From a virus (Duplodnaviria; Caudoviricetes): DNA of 64,000 bases. The notes under the pieces were generated by a model. It had not been told where the DNA came from. It saw nothing but the letters and a program-made list of their open reading frames with translations, and made no database searches. A program made the translations under genes and the position numbers. The number at the start of each line of letters is the position of its first letter. The stretch's first letter is position 1. The DNA is taken from positions 93,490 to 157,489 of the IMG/VR virus record IMGVR_UViG_3300028048_000059; one strand, written 5' to 3'. This document shows positions 38,187-47,689 of this stretch, in pieces.

Positions 38187-38446
38187 AGGTTAATAATTTG
38201 AACAGGTGCAATATCATCATAAGTATATGCCCCTATTCCATAAAAAAATGGTAAATTAACAACCGTAGTCACCCCGTCCCCTACCTTAAAACGAGGAAAA
38301 AGGCGAGCATCATCAATATTTTGCCCTGATTCAGCATTATATATGATAAGCTCGCCTTTTCGTGGAACAAAGTTTACTGCTTTATTCCAATTTTCCTCAG
38401 TATCATTTTTCAACTGAATTCGGGTTTTTATAGTGTCATTTGACAT
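38171..38446 (-). CDS. Fibre-head-like protein (RIQLK.DT..NW...P.KGE...K.GDG)
   Basis: Motif typical of phage fibre N-terminal domains. Confidence 0.7.
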   Translation of the reverse strand: MSNDTIKTRIQLKNDTEENWNKAVNFVPRKGELIIYNAESGQNIDDARLFPRFKVGDGVTTVVNLPFFYGIGAYTYDDIAPVQIINLCPST

Positions 38447-38469
38447 TATTATCACCACTTGGCATCGTT

Positions 38470-38937
38470 TCAGCCGTTTATGTATTCTGCGGCACTGCCG
38501 CAATCTAAGAACATTGGTTCTATTGGTAATGCACGAATTGGGATATAAATATAAAGAGTATCGCCATCTTCACCGACGACTTGCGCGCCAGCCTTATCGG
38601 CGGCATCTGGGTCAGTTATTGCATTAGCCTCTCTAAAATAATAAAGAATATCTGTTTCTTCATCAAAATAAAGACTATGCTCATCGCCTGGAATTGGAAA
38701 TGTATCCAATGTTCCAAATTGTATGGCGCCAGTAGCGAATCTCTCCCAGAAGGCGTCTTCATCGCCTTCAAATCCATAATTACGTGCTATTGTTAAAATT
38801 TGTTTAGATAATGTACTTAATGCAAGATTTTCCCAAGGATAAACCATGGCTAGACCAGCAGAGCGTGGTCTAGCCGGTAAAATGGTAAAATCATAATCAA
38901 GTAGCAGATCGCGTGTTCTCTTGCGTTCTCGGCACAT
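38470..38937 (-). CDS. Hypothetical structural protein
   Basis: ORF track; FP..G....LY motif. Confidence 0.6.
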   Translation of the reverse strand: MCRERKRTRDLLLDYDFTILPARPRSAGLAMVYPWENLALSTLSKQILTIARNYGFEGDEDAFWERFATGAIQFGTLDTFPIPGDEHSLYFDEETDILYYFREANAITDPDAADKAGAQVVGEDGDTLYIYIPIRALPIEPMFLDCGSAAEYING

Positions 38938-39298
38938 CTTCTGCCACCTCGCGTATTTCGCATACTGGTAAAGAGAATGCGGAATAGTATGAATTGATCT
39001 CAGAGCCGCCAGTTAAGTTACCATCATTATCGAATTGCGGCTCATGGTATATACGTAAATCCCAAAGATATTTCTTTGGCACTAAATTAATTGTATCTTC
39101 TCGAATAAAAGGTATCGTAATAACTTCTTCTTCTCCGGTTAATGGAATATTTATATTATGCACGGTTGTCCGTGTTAGAGAATCAAAAATAGAAAATACA
39201 GCGACGTCGCCTGAACTCACCGTATCTTGCAAAGGAATAGAAAAAGAACCTGTATCGCCACGAGGAATTATTAAACGCCGCTGAATTGTTCTAATCAT
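38897..39298 (-). CDS. BppU-like baseplate/adaptor protein
   Basis: RGDT...DT..L....Y.WD pattern. Confidence 0.55.
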   Translation of the reverse strand: MIRTIQRRLIIPRGDTGSFSIPLQDTVSSGDVAVFSIFDSLTRTTVHNINIPLTGEEEVITIPFIREDTINLVPKKYLWDLRIYHEPQFDNDGNLTGGSEINSYYSAFSLPVCEIREVAEDVPRTQENTRSAT

Positions 39299-39303
39299 AG
39301 TTC

Positions 39304-40068
39304 TTACCTATAATAGTAATGATCAGGCTCGCGATTGTAATAATTATGCGCAAAGAAATCATTTTCATATGATTCTTCATCGTAGTTATAATTCGCATAA
39401 TTACCTGAACCACGCCTGCGATATTGATATTCAGTAGAATTTAATTTTCTAATTTTATCGGCGTATTTGGCTTTTAATTGATCTTGCTCTTGTAAGATAT
39501 AATTCATATCATAACCAGCGTTCTCCAAAGCCATCATTTTTTCCTCGGCATGTTCTATTTCTTTTTCTACATGATCGATTAAATAATCTAATTTACGAGA
39601 AGCTTCTCTCTCGTTCGCTTGCTCTAATTTTTGCGCCATCTCTAAGAGATATTGTTTTGTCTCTTTTTCATAATCAATCCAACGTTTAAAACCATCACGT
39701 ACTGCATTGCGTTTTGTTCCGGAATCAACATCATATCGAGTATGTGAATACCAGCCAGTTGGAATGACATTCGCATAGTTTTGAGAAGAAGAATTATTAT
39801 TGCTATTATTATTCATATTGGTCATGTTGTTCATATTGCTCATATTACTTGGCTGTACCAACTGATTGTACTCTTTCATATACATATCTTTTGCTTTACG
39901 ATAGGTTAATAATTCGCAAAGCATTTGATATTCATGGCATTTCTGATAACCAGGCAAATTTAGGAAGCCATAATAATCTGCAAGTTGTTCATGCATTTCA
40001 ACGCCTTGCTTCATGCGATTAATTAGTTCGCTATAAAGCTGTTGCAATTCTTGACTTGCTTGTGCCAT
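39304..40068 (-). CDS. Ferritin-like four-helix-bundle protein
   Basis: H...ADYY.FL.L.G...CHEY, W...EKET and EKE...AE helices; N/M-rich insertion. Confidence 0.6.
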   Translation of the reverse strand: MAQASQELQQLYSELINRMKQGVEMHEQLADYYGFLNLPGYQKCHEYQMLCELLTYRKAKDMYMKEYNQLVQPSNMSNMNNMTNMNNNSNNNSSSQNYANVIPTGWYSHTRYDVDSGTKRNAVRDGFKRWIDYEKETKQYLLEMAQKLEQANEREASRKLDYLIDHVEKEIEHAEEKMMALENAGYDMNYILQEQDQLKAKYADKIRKLNSTEYQYRRRGSGNYANYNYDEESYENDFFAHNYYNREPDHYYYR

Positions 40069-40083
40069 AATAATTCCCTCCTA

Positions 40084-40497
40084 TTAGCATAGTTTAGAAA
40101 CTATTAAATTATAGTGAGCGGTCGCGGAAGCAACATCACTTGGATTTATAATTTGAATTGTAGTTGGGGCCGCCACACAATTACATGGACAATTATTTTG
40201 CGCAACGGTAACAGTGCAACAAGTGCTAACTGCCGTCAAATCGCCTACGGCAACGGTAGATTCACTGATAGCGTCCAAACGCGGCACACCATTTACTGCA
40301 ATTTGCACGCCAAAATCGCCAGCATCAGCAACACTGCCATAAGCGTCAACTTTAATTAAATAAACACCACGTTGATTTAATTCCACAGTGCTTGGCGCGC
40401 TATGAGTTGCAGAATTTCCTTTTATATAAGTAATACTATTAAGTGGAACAGATGCGCCCGCCGCCACAGAAATTCCATCGCTATAAACTTGAAGCAT
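40084..40497 (-). CDS. BclA-C-terminal/C1q-like beta-sandwich protein
   Basis: V..G..VP, L...G.Y.I and NGV motifs; Cys cluster. Confidence 0.5.
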   Translation of the reverse strand: MLQVYSDGISVAAGASVPLNSITYIKGNSATHSAPSTVELNQRGVYLIKVDAYGSVADAGDFGVQIAVNGVPRLDAISESTVAVGDLTAVSTCCTVTVAQNNCPCNCVAAPTTIQIINPSDVASATAHYNLIVSKLC

Positions 40498-40518
40498 ATT
40501 AATTCCTCCTTATAAAAA

Positions 40519-40549
40519 GAAAAAGGCACCTGCCAAAAAACAGGTGCCT
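40519..40549 (-). terminator. Intrinsic terminator/hairpin
   Basis: AGGCACCTG/CAGGTGCCT stem plus U-tract. Confidence 0.75.
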
Positions 40550-40605
40550 ACTATAAAATATATCCTTAAAAACTAGACACACTGAATGTGTTCGGAAGTT
40601 TTTCT

Positions 40606-42287
40606 TTACATATTCATGCCGCAACAACCATTGTTGTTGCAGAAAGGATTAGTACCAGCATTATAAGTCCAGCCCTGTGGATAACGCATCACACCTTGTA
40701 GCTGATTAGCTAGTTGTAGCTGTCCAATTTGGTCACGTAAGTCTTGAATAGTGTTGCCAGTCATCATATCAATGATACGTTGGGTTTGAGCAGTAGTATT
40801 GGCGTTAATTGCAGTAGTATTCATTGCATTCTCATAGCGTGCTTGAGCAAGTTGAGCAGCGATGTTATTTCCTACTTCATTAATTAACATGCGTGTATCA
40901 CAACCATTTGTTATCGTAGAGGCTCTTTATCCTCTACCTCTTGTAGTTTCCTACAAGTTCAGACTATATCTTCACCCTATTACTAGGGGCTGGGTACTCG
41001 TGGAGAGATTATCGGTAAATCGTCCTCACTCTCTAGTCGTTGAACCTTCCAAGATACTTTTATTGATTATTTTCTTGGCTAGGCTGCTGATTAGCATATT
41101 TACAAGTATGGCCTTTAAAAGTTGTTTGTCCTTTTTTTAATGCACGACCCAAAGATTGTGCATTACCACCAATATATTGGGCCGCGTCTTGAAGAGTATC
41201 AAACATTTTTTCTTCATCAATAATTACTCCTTTAGACGCAGGATTTAAAAATTGTTTATGTTTATCAATAGGTTTATATTCGGTATCTAAATATTGACAT
41301 AAATTATAACAGCTGTCATATCCTCGTTTTGCATATCCACATACTTTACTAAGACTGACACCTAAAATTGGTACTAATTCTGAAGCACATTCATATATTT
41401 TATCTTTATATCTAATAGCTCGTTTAGAACGATGAGCTACTGATTTTTTTGCTATTTCAGGGTCTTTCATTGGATTATATTTAGACATATAAGCTTTTAA
41501 TTCTGGGGTCCATTGGCTTTTATATCCACCAGAACCGCCTTTATCAATATTAGCTTTTACTTGTCCAATACTTCTATAATAAGCAATTAATTCTTCTTCA
41601 TATTGAAAAGCTTCATCTTCAGTATCAAAATATTTTATAATTTCACTTTTGCAATCTGAAAAAATATTATAATATTCTTGTTTGAAGATCTGATTGCGTT
41701 TATATGTATCTTTATATCTGTCTCCGCTTCCTTTACCTATATAAAATACTTCATTCGTACTCTCTATAAACCATTTATAAACATAATATTTTTGTTCCAT
41801 TTTTATCCTTCCTTGTAAACTTAGCTTTCCAGTCAATTCTCCCAGTTGCCATAGCAACTTACGCTGCTAAAGTGCCATTGTAATCATAGCACTGATTTTG
41901 ATTGGCCATTAGAGTCATTTGATTGGTACGGACATCACCAATCTGAGCAGTTAGAGCGGCCTGAATGTCTTTTTCAACATTAATATTATCGTATTTAGCT
42001 TGATTCGTAGCGGCTACCGCTTGGGCAGTCCCATTGCTAATTGCCGTCATAATATCACGATTTTGTGATTGTAAGTCGTTGAAGTTAAAGCCATTCTGTA
42101 CAAAATCTTGCGTTGCATATTGAGGACGATAGCCACCGCCGCCCCAATTGCCGCCGAAGCCGCCGCCCATGAGGGCTAGGATTGCAAATAACCAAATCAT
42201 GCCGCCCCAACCTCCATTGCCGAAGCCATCATTATTACCAGTTAGTAGCGCAACATCGGAAGCTGTTAATCCTTCATTTCCATTCAT
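40606..42287 (-). CDS. Gly-rich/TM + coiled-coil 'CCC' protein, spliced: join(41888-42287, 40606-40904), 232 aa
   Basis: Splicing restores QNQC^CCDTRMLINE in frame (400+299=699 nt). Confidence 0.85.
40905..41887 (-). mobile_element. Group I intron (IA-like, 983 nt) carrying a homing endonuclease
   Basis: P1 AGUGCU/GGCACU; P AAUUGACUGGAA; Q AAUCAGCAG; R GUUCAACGACUAG; S GAAGAUAUAGUCU; terminal G. Confidence 0.92.
41060..41800 (-). CDS. Intron-encoded GIY-YIG homing endonuclease with NUMOD-like tail
   Basis: YYVY...FYIGKG...R, E..LI and N...GG motifs; lies between intron P and Q elements. Confidence 0.88.
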   Translation of the reverse strand: MEQKYYVYKWFIESTNEVFYIGKGSGDRYKDTYKRNQIFKQEYYNIFSDCKSEIIKYFDTEDEAFQYEEELIAYYRSIGQVKANIDKGGSGGYKSQWTPELKAYMSKYNPMKDPEIAKKSVAHRSKRAIRYKDKIYECASELVPILGVSLSKVCGYAKRGYDSCYNLCQYLDTEYKPIDKHKQFLNPASKGVIIDEEKMFDTLQDAAQYIGGNAQSLGRALKKGQTTFKGHTCKYANQQPSQENNQ

Positions 42288-42320
42288 AAGGACACATCTC
42301 CTATATAAAATATTTTATAT

Positions 42321-42351
42321 AAAAAAGCTCATCCAAATAGGATGAGCTTTT
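42321..42351. terminator. Bidirectional hairpin terminator
   Basis: AAAAAGCTCATCC/GGATGAGCTTTTT. Confidence 0.75.
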
Positions 42352-42620
42352 TATTTTAATTGATTTAATATCGCTTGTGGGTCGATGCCCTGCTGCTTGC
42401 ATAAATTAAAAAAAGCAGTTTTAGGGTCACCGCCGTTATTTTTAATTACATCTATAATAGATGCAAAACGTGGGTCATTTACCAACATTTGATTTAACAT
42501 CATTTGTGGGTTTTGCGCCGCTTTAATTTGATTCATTAATCCTTTGAGCTGTTGTATCTGCGGATTCATTTGATTGCCGCTGTTTCTTTGTTGCTCGATT
42601 GCCATTTGAATAGGATTCAT
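42351..42620 (-). CDS. Q/N/M-rich small protein (module member)
   Basis: NPQ.ML.QM...GDPK.AF..LC.Q.GIDP pattern. Confidence 0.7.
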   Translation of the reverse strand: MNPIQMAIEQQRNSGNQMNPQIQQLKGLMNQIKAAQNPQMMLNQMLVNDPRFASIIDVIKNNGGDPKTAFFNLCKQQGIDPQAILNQLK

Positions 42621-42909
42621 ATTGTTTCTCCAACTTACTAATGCGTTCTTCTAGCGAATTTAAATCTACTGGTGTTGGCGGTTGATACGGCGTAATTGAA
42701 AATGGTGTCGCCGTTAAATATCCGCCGCCATCTGTTTGTACTAACCAAACAATAGGAGCATTTTCGTCTAATAGCAAATTTGTACTATTGGGTCCCATTT
42801 TAAAAGCTTTTGCTCCCGCCTCACCATTGACCTTGATAATATCATAATGCGGAAGCATTGTATTAAAAGGAGCGGATGGATTCCACCCGCCCATATTCCA
42901 ATTATTCAT
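42523..42909 (-). CDS. Conserved hypothetical protein (module member)
   Basis: VNGE.GAKAF...PNS..LLD...TDG.G pattern. Confidence 0.7.
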   Translation of the reverse strand: MNNWNMGGWNPSAPFNTMLPHYDIIKVNGEAGAKAFKMGPNSTNLLLDENAPIVWLVQTDGGGYLTATPFSITPYQPPTPVDLNSLEERISKLEKQYESYSNGNRATKKQRQSNESADTTAQRINESN

Positions 42910-42911
42910 TT

Positions 42912-43112
42912 CTAATTAACTCCTTGGCCATATTTGCGGCCGCAAGAAGGGCAATATGTGCAGATGCGCATATTGTTTGCTTTATCTAGAAAAAATAACT
43001 CTTTTTCTTTTTGTTGTCGCTTATCCCAACAGAAACCACAACCAAATTCCGCTTCTTGCACTGGTTGGCGTTGAGATTGTTCGTATTCTTCTTCACTATA
43101 ATATCTAACCAT
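42912..43112 (-). CDS. Small zinc-ribbon protein
   Basis: CGFC...CPSCGR motifs. Confidence 0.65.
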   Translation of the reverse strand: MVRYYSEEEYEQSQRQPVQEAEFGCGFCWDKRQQKEKELFFLDKANNMRICTYCPSCGRKYGQGVN

Positions 43113-43218
43113 TATTACCTCATATCATCATCGCCGCGCTTCGCCGCGATACATAGTGCAATTGTGAATAAACCACACCATGCTCCTCCAAAAAAGGCTG
43201 GTATTAGCCATAACCAAC

Positions 43219-43428
43219 TTACCATACGACCGCCCCGCTATTCTTCATAAATCTATTATACTCACCACGAGTAACCCAACGAATGATGTCGTTATTGTTC
43301 CCGTTGTCATCAGTGAACACGCCAATATTGAAACAAAGGGCATCGGTCAGATAGTTGTCGTTAAAGTCGTACAGAGGACGAGAGTCACGCAGTTCCCAAT
43401 TCTCAATGTTCCAAAAATTCTGTCGCAT
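43219..43428 (-). CDS. Hypothetical protein
   Basis: AAGGAG RBS; promoter at 43462-43490. Confidence 0.55.
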   Translation of the reverse strand: MRQNFWNIENWELRDSRPLYDFNDNYLTDALCFNIGVFTDDNGNNNDIIRWVTRGEYNRFMKNSGAVVW

Positions 43429-43461
43429 AAGTCGTTATCTCCTTCGCTCTTTTGTATATTT

Positions 43462-43490
43462 ATTATACCAGAATTTTTGGTTGAAGTCAA
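43462..43490 (-). promoter_or_regulatory. Sigma-A promoter upstream of the 43.4-39.3 kb module
   Basis: TTGACT-17-TATAAT with extended -10 TG. Confidence 0.8.
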
Positions 43491-43550
43491 ATGTTTTTCT
43501 ACTTCATTTTAAAAGTAGTAAAGACCGGCGTATTATATAGTTTTCTGCTA

Positions 43551-45608
43551 TTACATAATAATTTTTACTGGCTTTGAATAATATGTGTTGCTATTGCTAT
43601 CTGACAGTTTGCATCTCCATAAGCATGCACCATTGATATTTGTGGCAGAAGATTTTACTGTGCATGTATTTGTAGTCGCGCCAGTGCCAGAAGAATTAAC
43701 CCATATAGTTCCATTTGTTAAACTATATTGCCACTGATATGTGACGCTATCCCCGTTGGCAACTAATGAAAATTGTGTAGACTGATTAAGTGCCGTTACA
43801 GTAGCATCTTGTGGTTGCGCCAATATCATTATGCCAGTATGTTTTGTGTAGTATATTGTCATAACTGCTAATCCTGTCTCAGATGCGGCACAAGCAACCG
43901 TATTCGGAGACGTATATATACAAGCAGAATACAAATTTGGATTTGTACCATAAACCCAGTTCATCGGGCGAGTAAAACCGTTAGAAGCATATAATATACC
44001 AGTTAAATTTACAAAACGCACTGCACCGGTTGGATATGGGAGATCATAGAATGAGTTTGCAGAAGAAATCTGTTGATAGATTGTCTTTTTATATATATAA
44101 TTACCATCAAGCCATGTTTCCCCTGTGCATTGTTCGTCTGCGCTATATGTGTCTTGTCCCGCAACATCTTCTGGCGCAGGTGTCCAATCGGTTGGATGCG
44201 TACCAAATTCGATTTTTACTTGCTTTATATTCGCTGTGCAAGTAGTATTTGTATTATTTAAAAAAACTTGTAGGCCGTATTTAGCAGGTGTTTCACTTGA
44301 TGTATCAGTATATTGATTTACATTAGTCGTAAACCAAACACGTACCCATTCATTGTCTTGTGGCGCGCTGAGCATATTTAACATATTTAATGTATTTCCA
44401 TCAAAATAATGCATCCTATACGATAATCTTGTATTGTCTGCTTTGAAACTAGCAAAATTTACAACAATTTTCTGCCCCACGGTTGTCAATTCGTCTGCCT
44501 TTAAATAAAATGAACAACAAATATCGTTACCTTGTATTGCGGTTACTGGAATATCTGGCAAATAAAAACTTGCACTAAGCCAATGCTGGCCGTCTGGCAC
44601 AATTGTTACTACATCAAAGCCATCTTCATCTTGTGAGATTGTACCTGTTGTAGAACTATAATATATATCATCCGCCTTAATTCTCTTAGAGTAGCGATAT
44701 AAGTTGCGGCCGCTGCCATAGCCTTCTGCCGCAATTTGTGAGAGTGTCTTGAATGAGCCGCCATGAAAGCGGAACATTGGATGTTCTGGCGGTAACACCA
44801 TATTGGTTGTTGTACTCATAAAACCAAGTAATAAATAAGTATAACCATCTGGCGCCGTTGGGATAGTTGTTGTAACTACGCCTGCGACAGGATCAAGCAT
44901 TGTCCCCGCCAGATTACCTTTTATAAAAACTGGTTCGCCCGCCGTACCAGAGAATCCACTTATGGTATTAGCTAATGAAAATGTGCTGCCCCAAGCGATA
45001 TAGTTATTTGTTTGAGTACCGCCTGATGTGTAAGCAGTGCCGACATATAGAATTGGTTTAGAAACGTCGAATGCTGTCGTTGATAATAATATTAATTTAC
45101 CGTCTGCATTAAAAACGCCAATTCTGCCAGCAGAGATAGCCATAGCAGACTGCACAGATGCCTTATAGTTAACACGATCATAATAGTTTGTTGTGGTATC
45201 TTGGCCACGCTGAATCCACCAGCCAGTATAACTACCACTACCATTAATCGCAGCGCCAACTCGATACGTAAGTACCATTATGTTACCTGCCGCGACCTGC
45301 GTACCTGCGCGTGTCGTGCCATTGATATAAACATTCTTTGCTCCGGTAAGTGTGCCATCGCTTAATGTAAGATTTAATGTTGCACTGGCAGCAGAGGTAT
45401 ATGGTAGCCAATATACAATGGTCGTGCCATCTTCAATAGAAGAGAGCGATGTTACGCCTGTCCAAGAGGCGGTCGTCGCGGTTTGTGTGCCAAGCACCAC
45501 ATCTATACCTGCGGCCGCCTCCATGTTCGAAATACCGCGTTCAATGCGGTTGAGATTTGCGGTGTCAATAATGTCACCGTGCTTCCAGATTTTTCTTTGA
45601 AAAGACAT
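43551..45608 (-). CDS. Tail fibre/receptor-binding protein (carbohydrate-binding-like and Ig-like domains)
   Basis: GRNL...K.E.G..PTDWTPAPED, YS.DE..TG..W.DG and QPQD...YQWQ motifs. Confidence 0.75.
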   Translation of the reverse strand: MSFQRKIWKHGDIIDTANLNRIERGISNMEAAAGIDVVLGTQTATTASWTGVTSLSSIEDGTTIVYWLPYTSAASATLNLTLSDGTLTGAKNVYINGTTRAGTQVAAGNIMVLTYRVGAAINGSGSYTGWWIQRGQDTTTNYYDRVNYKASVQSAMAISAGRIGVFNADGKLILLSTTAFDVSKPILYVGTAYTSGGTQTNNYIAWGSTFSLANTISGFSGTAGEPVFIKGNLAGTMLDPVAGVVTTTIPTAPDGYTYLLLGFMSTTTNMVLPPEHPMFRFHGGSFKTLSQIAAEGYGSGRNLYRYSKRIKADDIYYSSTTGTISQDEDGFDVVTIVPDGQHWLSASFYLPDIPVTAIQGNDICCSFYLKADELTTVGQKIVVNFASFKADNTRLSYRMHYFDGNTLNMLNMLSAPQDNEWVRVWFTTNVNQYTDTSSETPAKYGLQVFLNNTNTTCTANIKQVKIEFGTHPTDWTPAPEDVAGQDTYSADEQCTGETWLDGNYIYKKTIYQQISSANSFYDLPYPTGAVRFVNLTGILYASNGFTRPMNWVYGTNPNLYSACIYTSPNTVACAASETGLAVMTIYYTKHTGIMILAQPQDATVTALNQSTQFSLVANGDSVTYQWQYSLTNGTIWVNSSGTGATTNTCTVKSSATNINGACLWRCKLSDSNSNTYYSKPVKIIM

Positions 45609-45610
45609 TA

Positions 45611-47677
45611 TTAATCACCGTCCGTTGTTTTTGTATAAATAATTGTTAAATAAAGCTTTCCTGGTGTATCATCAGCAAGCACGGCACGAAAACAAAAAGT
45701 AACTGTATTATTATTTATGGACCAATGTGTATATGTATATATATTATTACTATAATACCAATTAATACAACGACGTAGCACACCATTAGTAGGAATATAA
45801 ACACCATCAATGTTTATTATTTCATCTATATTAGTTATAGTATGCGCAAAACTTTGTTCTACTGTACTATCAGACACTGAACACACTATTGTTTTCTGAT
45901 ACAATTTCTTCCCGTCAATCCATGTGCCGCCAGTTGCAGTCTCATCAGTTGAATACGATGTTGCGCCAATAGCATTCAAGCCATTATTCGCAATAATTGG
46001 ATAATAGAATTCAGCTTTTGGATTATTTACATCAGACGTAGATATGCCGCCAAAAGCAATACCACTCTTCTCTGGCGGGAAGTGTACAACGATTTTGCCG
46101 CCGCTGACAGTTAATAATTGAGTAACAATTGATCCAACAGTGTCTTTAAAAGAAATCCAATATTCTCTATTTTCGCTGGCTGATACAGTTTCATTATTAA
46201 ACATTGTATAATTATCGGCCAATTTTAAAACACCGTTGACAGTGCTTATTGGATTCCAAGAATCTGGGGTAAAATTTCCGCCCTCTATCTTATACTGTAA
46301 AGAATTAGCATTATCGCCAATTGTAGTGATTCGCACTTCGCCGTTTATACCAATAAACGTGCCGGCTGGTGATTTTTGTTTGCCGTCATCGCCTTCTTCT
46401 GCACGGAATATTGTAATTGACTCGGTGATTGTTGGCTCTGTATAAGCAATAACATTATCAATTTCCACAGGAGTTAATATCTGTGTATAAAGGCGTGAGT
46501 CTGTAACTTCACAAGTAACTTCGTTATTATCATTTACTGATGCTGGAACTGATGCTGGGATTTTTTTAATAGTCCATAATCCTGTTTCTGCGCTTTTATC
46601 CGTTGTATTATTTAAAATATATGTATTATTATTATATATATTCTTAATTGTAGTAATAAAAGCAGCATCTGCTGATTCTCGATGCACAATTGCATTTGGA
46701 TTTAAACAAATATTTGTCTTATTAGATAAGATATAGTTTCCAAACTTATTTTCATAATCTATAAAACTTACGGCACTTTCGCTATCATCATATTTCCAAG
46801 TTCCGTTAGTAACGGCTACTTTAAAGACAATTGAAAATTTTTCTAATGAACTTTCTACTCCATTGACTGTCATTTTGCACTCAAAATTAACTTGCACAAG
46901 TTGAGCATATGGAATATATTGTAACCACTCAGGCGGGAAATTAAATTGTGGAGACGTCCCATTAGAAATTTCAATAGAAGCGTCTGCATGATCTTCTAAT
47001 GTAGCAATTATTTTATATGTTGCATCGCTAGTGCTATCATTAATTGTAAAATTAACAGGGGTTGTAGTTAATGGTATATCACTGAGCGCATTTGTAACTA
47101 TTTGATTATTTGCGTAATTCCAGAATCCAACTAAAAGAGGTGGATGGTTTCCTACACCATAGAATTCTGTATATGGCGAGCCGTTTGGAGCGGCATAAAA
47201 TCTTACTATGCAAGTGCTATTACCACCATATGCATTATAACCTTTTAGGTGATTTAAAAAGTTTTGGAGTCCATTACTACCATTATCTCTATCAGTATAT
47301 TGACTGCCGCCATCAGATGCATTAATAACCATTGTATTATTGCTAACTGTCATTCTCGCGTTGCCGCTATCGTAATATAAAGATAAATTATCTGTCCATT
47401 TTGCCAATGACCAAGCGAACTGTCCAACATTAAAAGTAGTACCAATTTTCGGATATAAAAATAATTGCGCCTTAGTCATACTTATAGCACTTAAATCATT
47501 ACTGAATCCAACTTTCTCTCTGAATTTTTCATCAAAACAGAAGAAGGCATCGTAATTTCCGTTTGATTGTCCCATTGCAAAAGTGTTGTCATATATCGTG
47601 CCTTCTCTCGTGCCATTTCTATAATGCCAAATACTACCATATGGTTGACCATTAGCTTTAAATAAAGTAGAATTCAT
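45611..47677 (-). CDS. Tail structural protein (DUF859-like) with fibre tip
   Basis: V.DSR, G.AFG and YSTDE..TGG.WIDGK motifs. Confidence 0.7.
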   Translation of the reverse strand: MNSTLFKANGQPYGSIWHYRNGTREGTIYDNTFAMGQSNGNYDAFFCFDEKFREKVGFSNDLSAISMTKAQLFLYPKIGTTFNVGQFAWSLAKWTDNLSLYYDSGNARMTVSNNTMVINASDGGSQYTDRDNGSNGLQNFLNHLKGYNAYGGNSTCIVRFYAAPNGSPYTEFYGVGNHPPLLVGFWNYANNQIVTNALSDIPLTTTPVNFTINDSTSDATYKIIATLEDHADASIEISNGTSPQFNFPPEWLQYIPYAQLVQVNFECKMTVNGVESSLEKFSIVFKVAVTNGTWKYDDSESAVSFIDYENKFGNYILSNKTNICLNPNAIVHRESADAAFITTIKNIYNNNTYILNNTTDKSAETGLWTIKKIPASVPASVNDNNEVTCEVTDSRLYTQILTPVEIDNVIAYTEPTITESITIFRAEEGDDGKQKSPAGTFIGINGEVRITTIGDNANSLQYKIEGGNFTPDSWNPISTVNGVLKLADNYTMFNNETVSASENREYWISFKDTVGSIVTQLLTVSGGKIVVHFPPEKSGIAFGGISTSDVNNPKAEFYYPIIANNGLNAIGATSYSTDETATGGTWIDGKKLYQKTIVCSVSDSTVEQSFAHTITNIDEIINIDGVYIPTNGVLRRCINWYYSNNIYTYTHWSINNNTVTFCFRAVLADDTPGKLYLTIIYTKTTDGD

Positions 47678-47689
47678 ATTCTCACCTCC

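Noticed and set aside
29730-42287. Pseudogenes or frameshifts at the lysin (29730) and the CCC gene (41859/40606)
   Set aside because: Both breaks are explained exactly by group I introns with in-frame exon joining.
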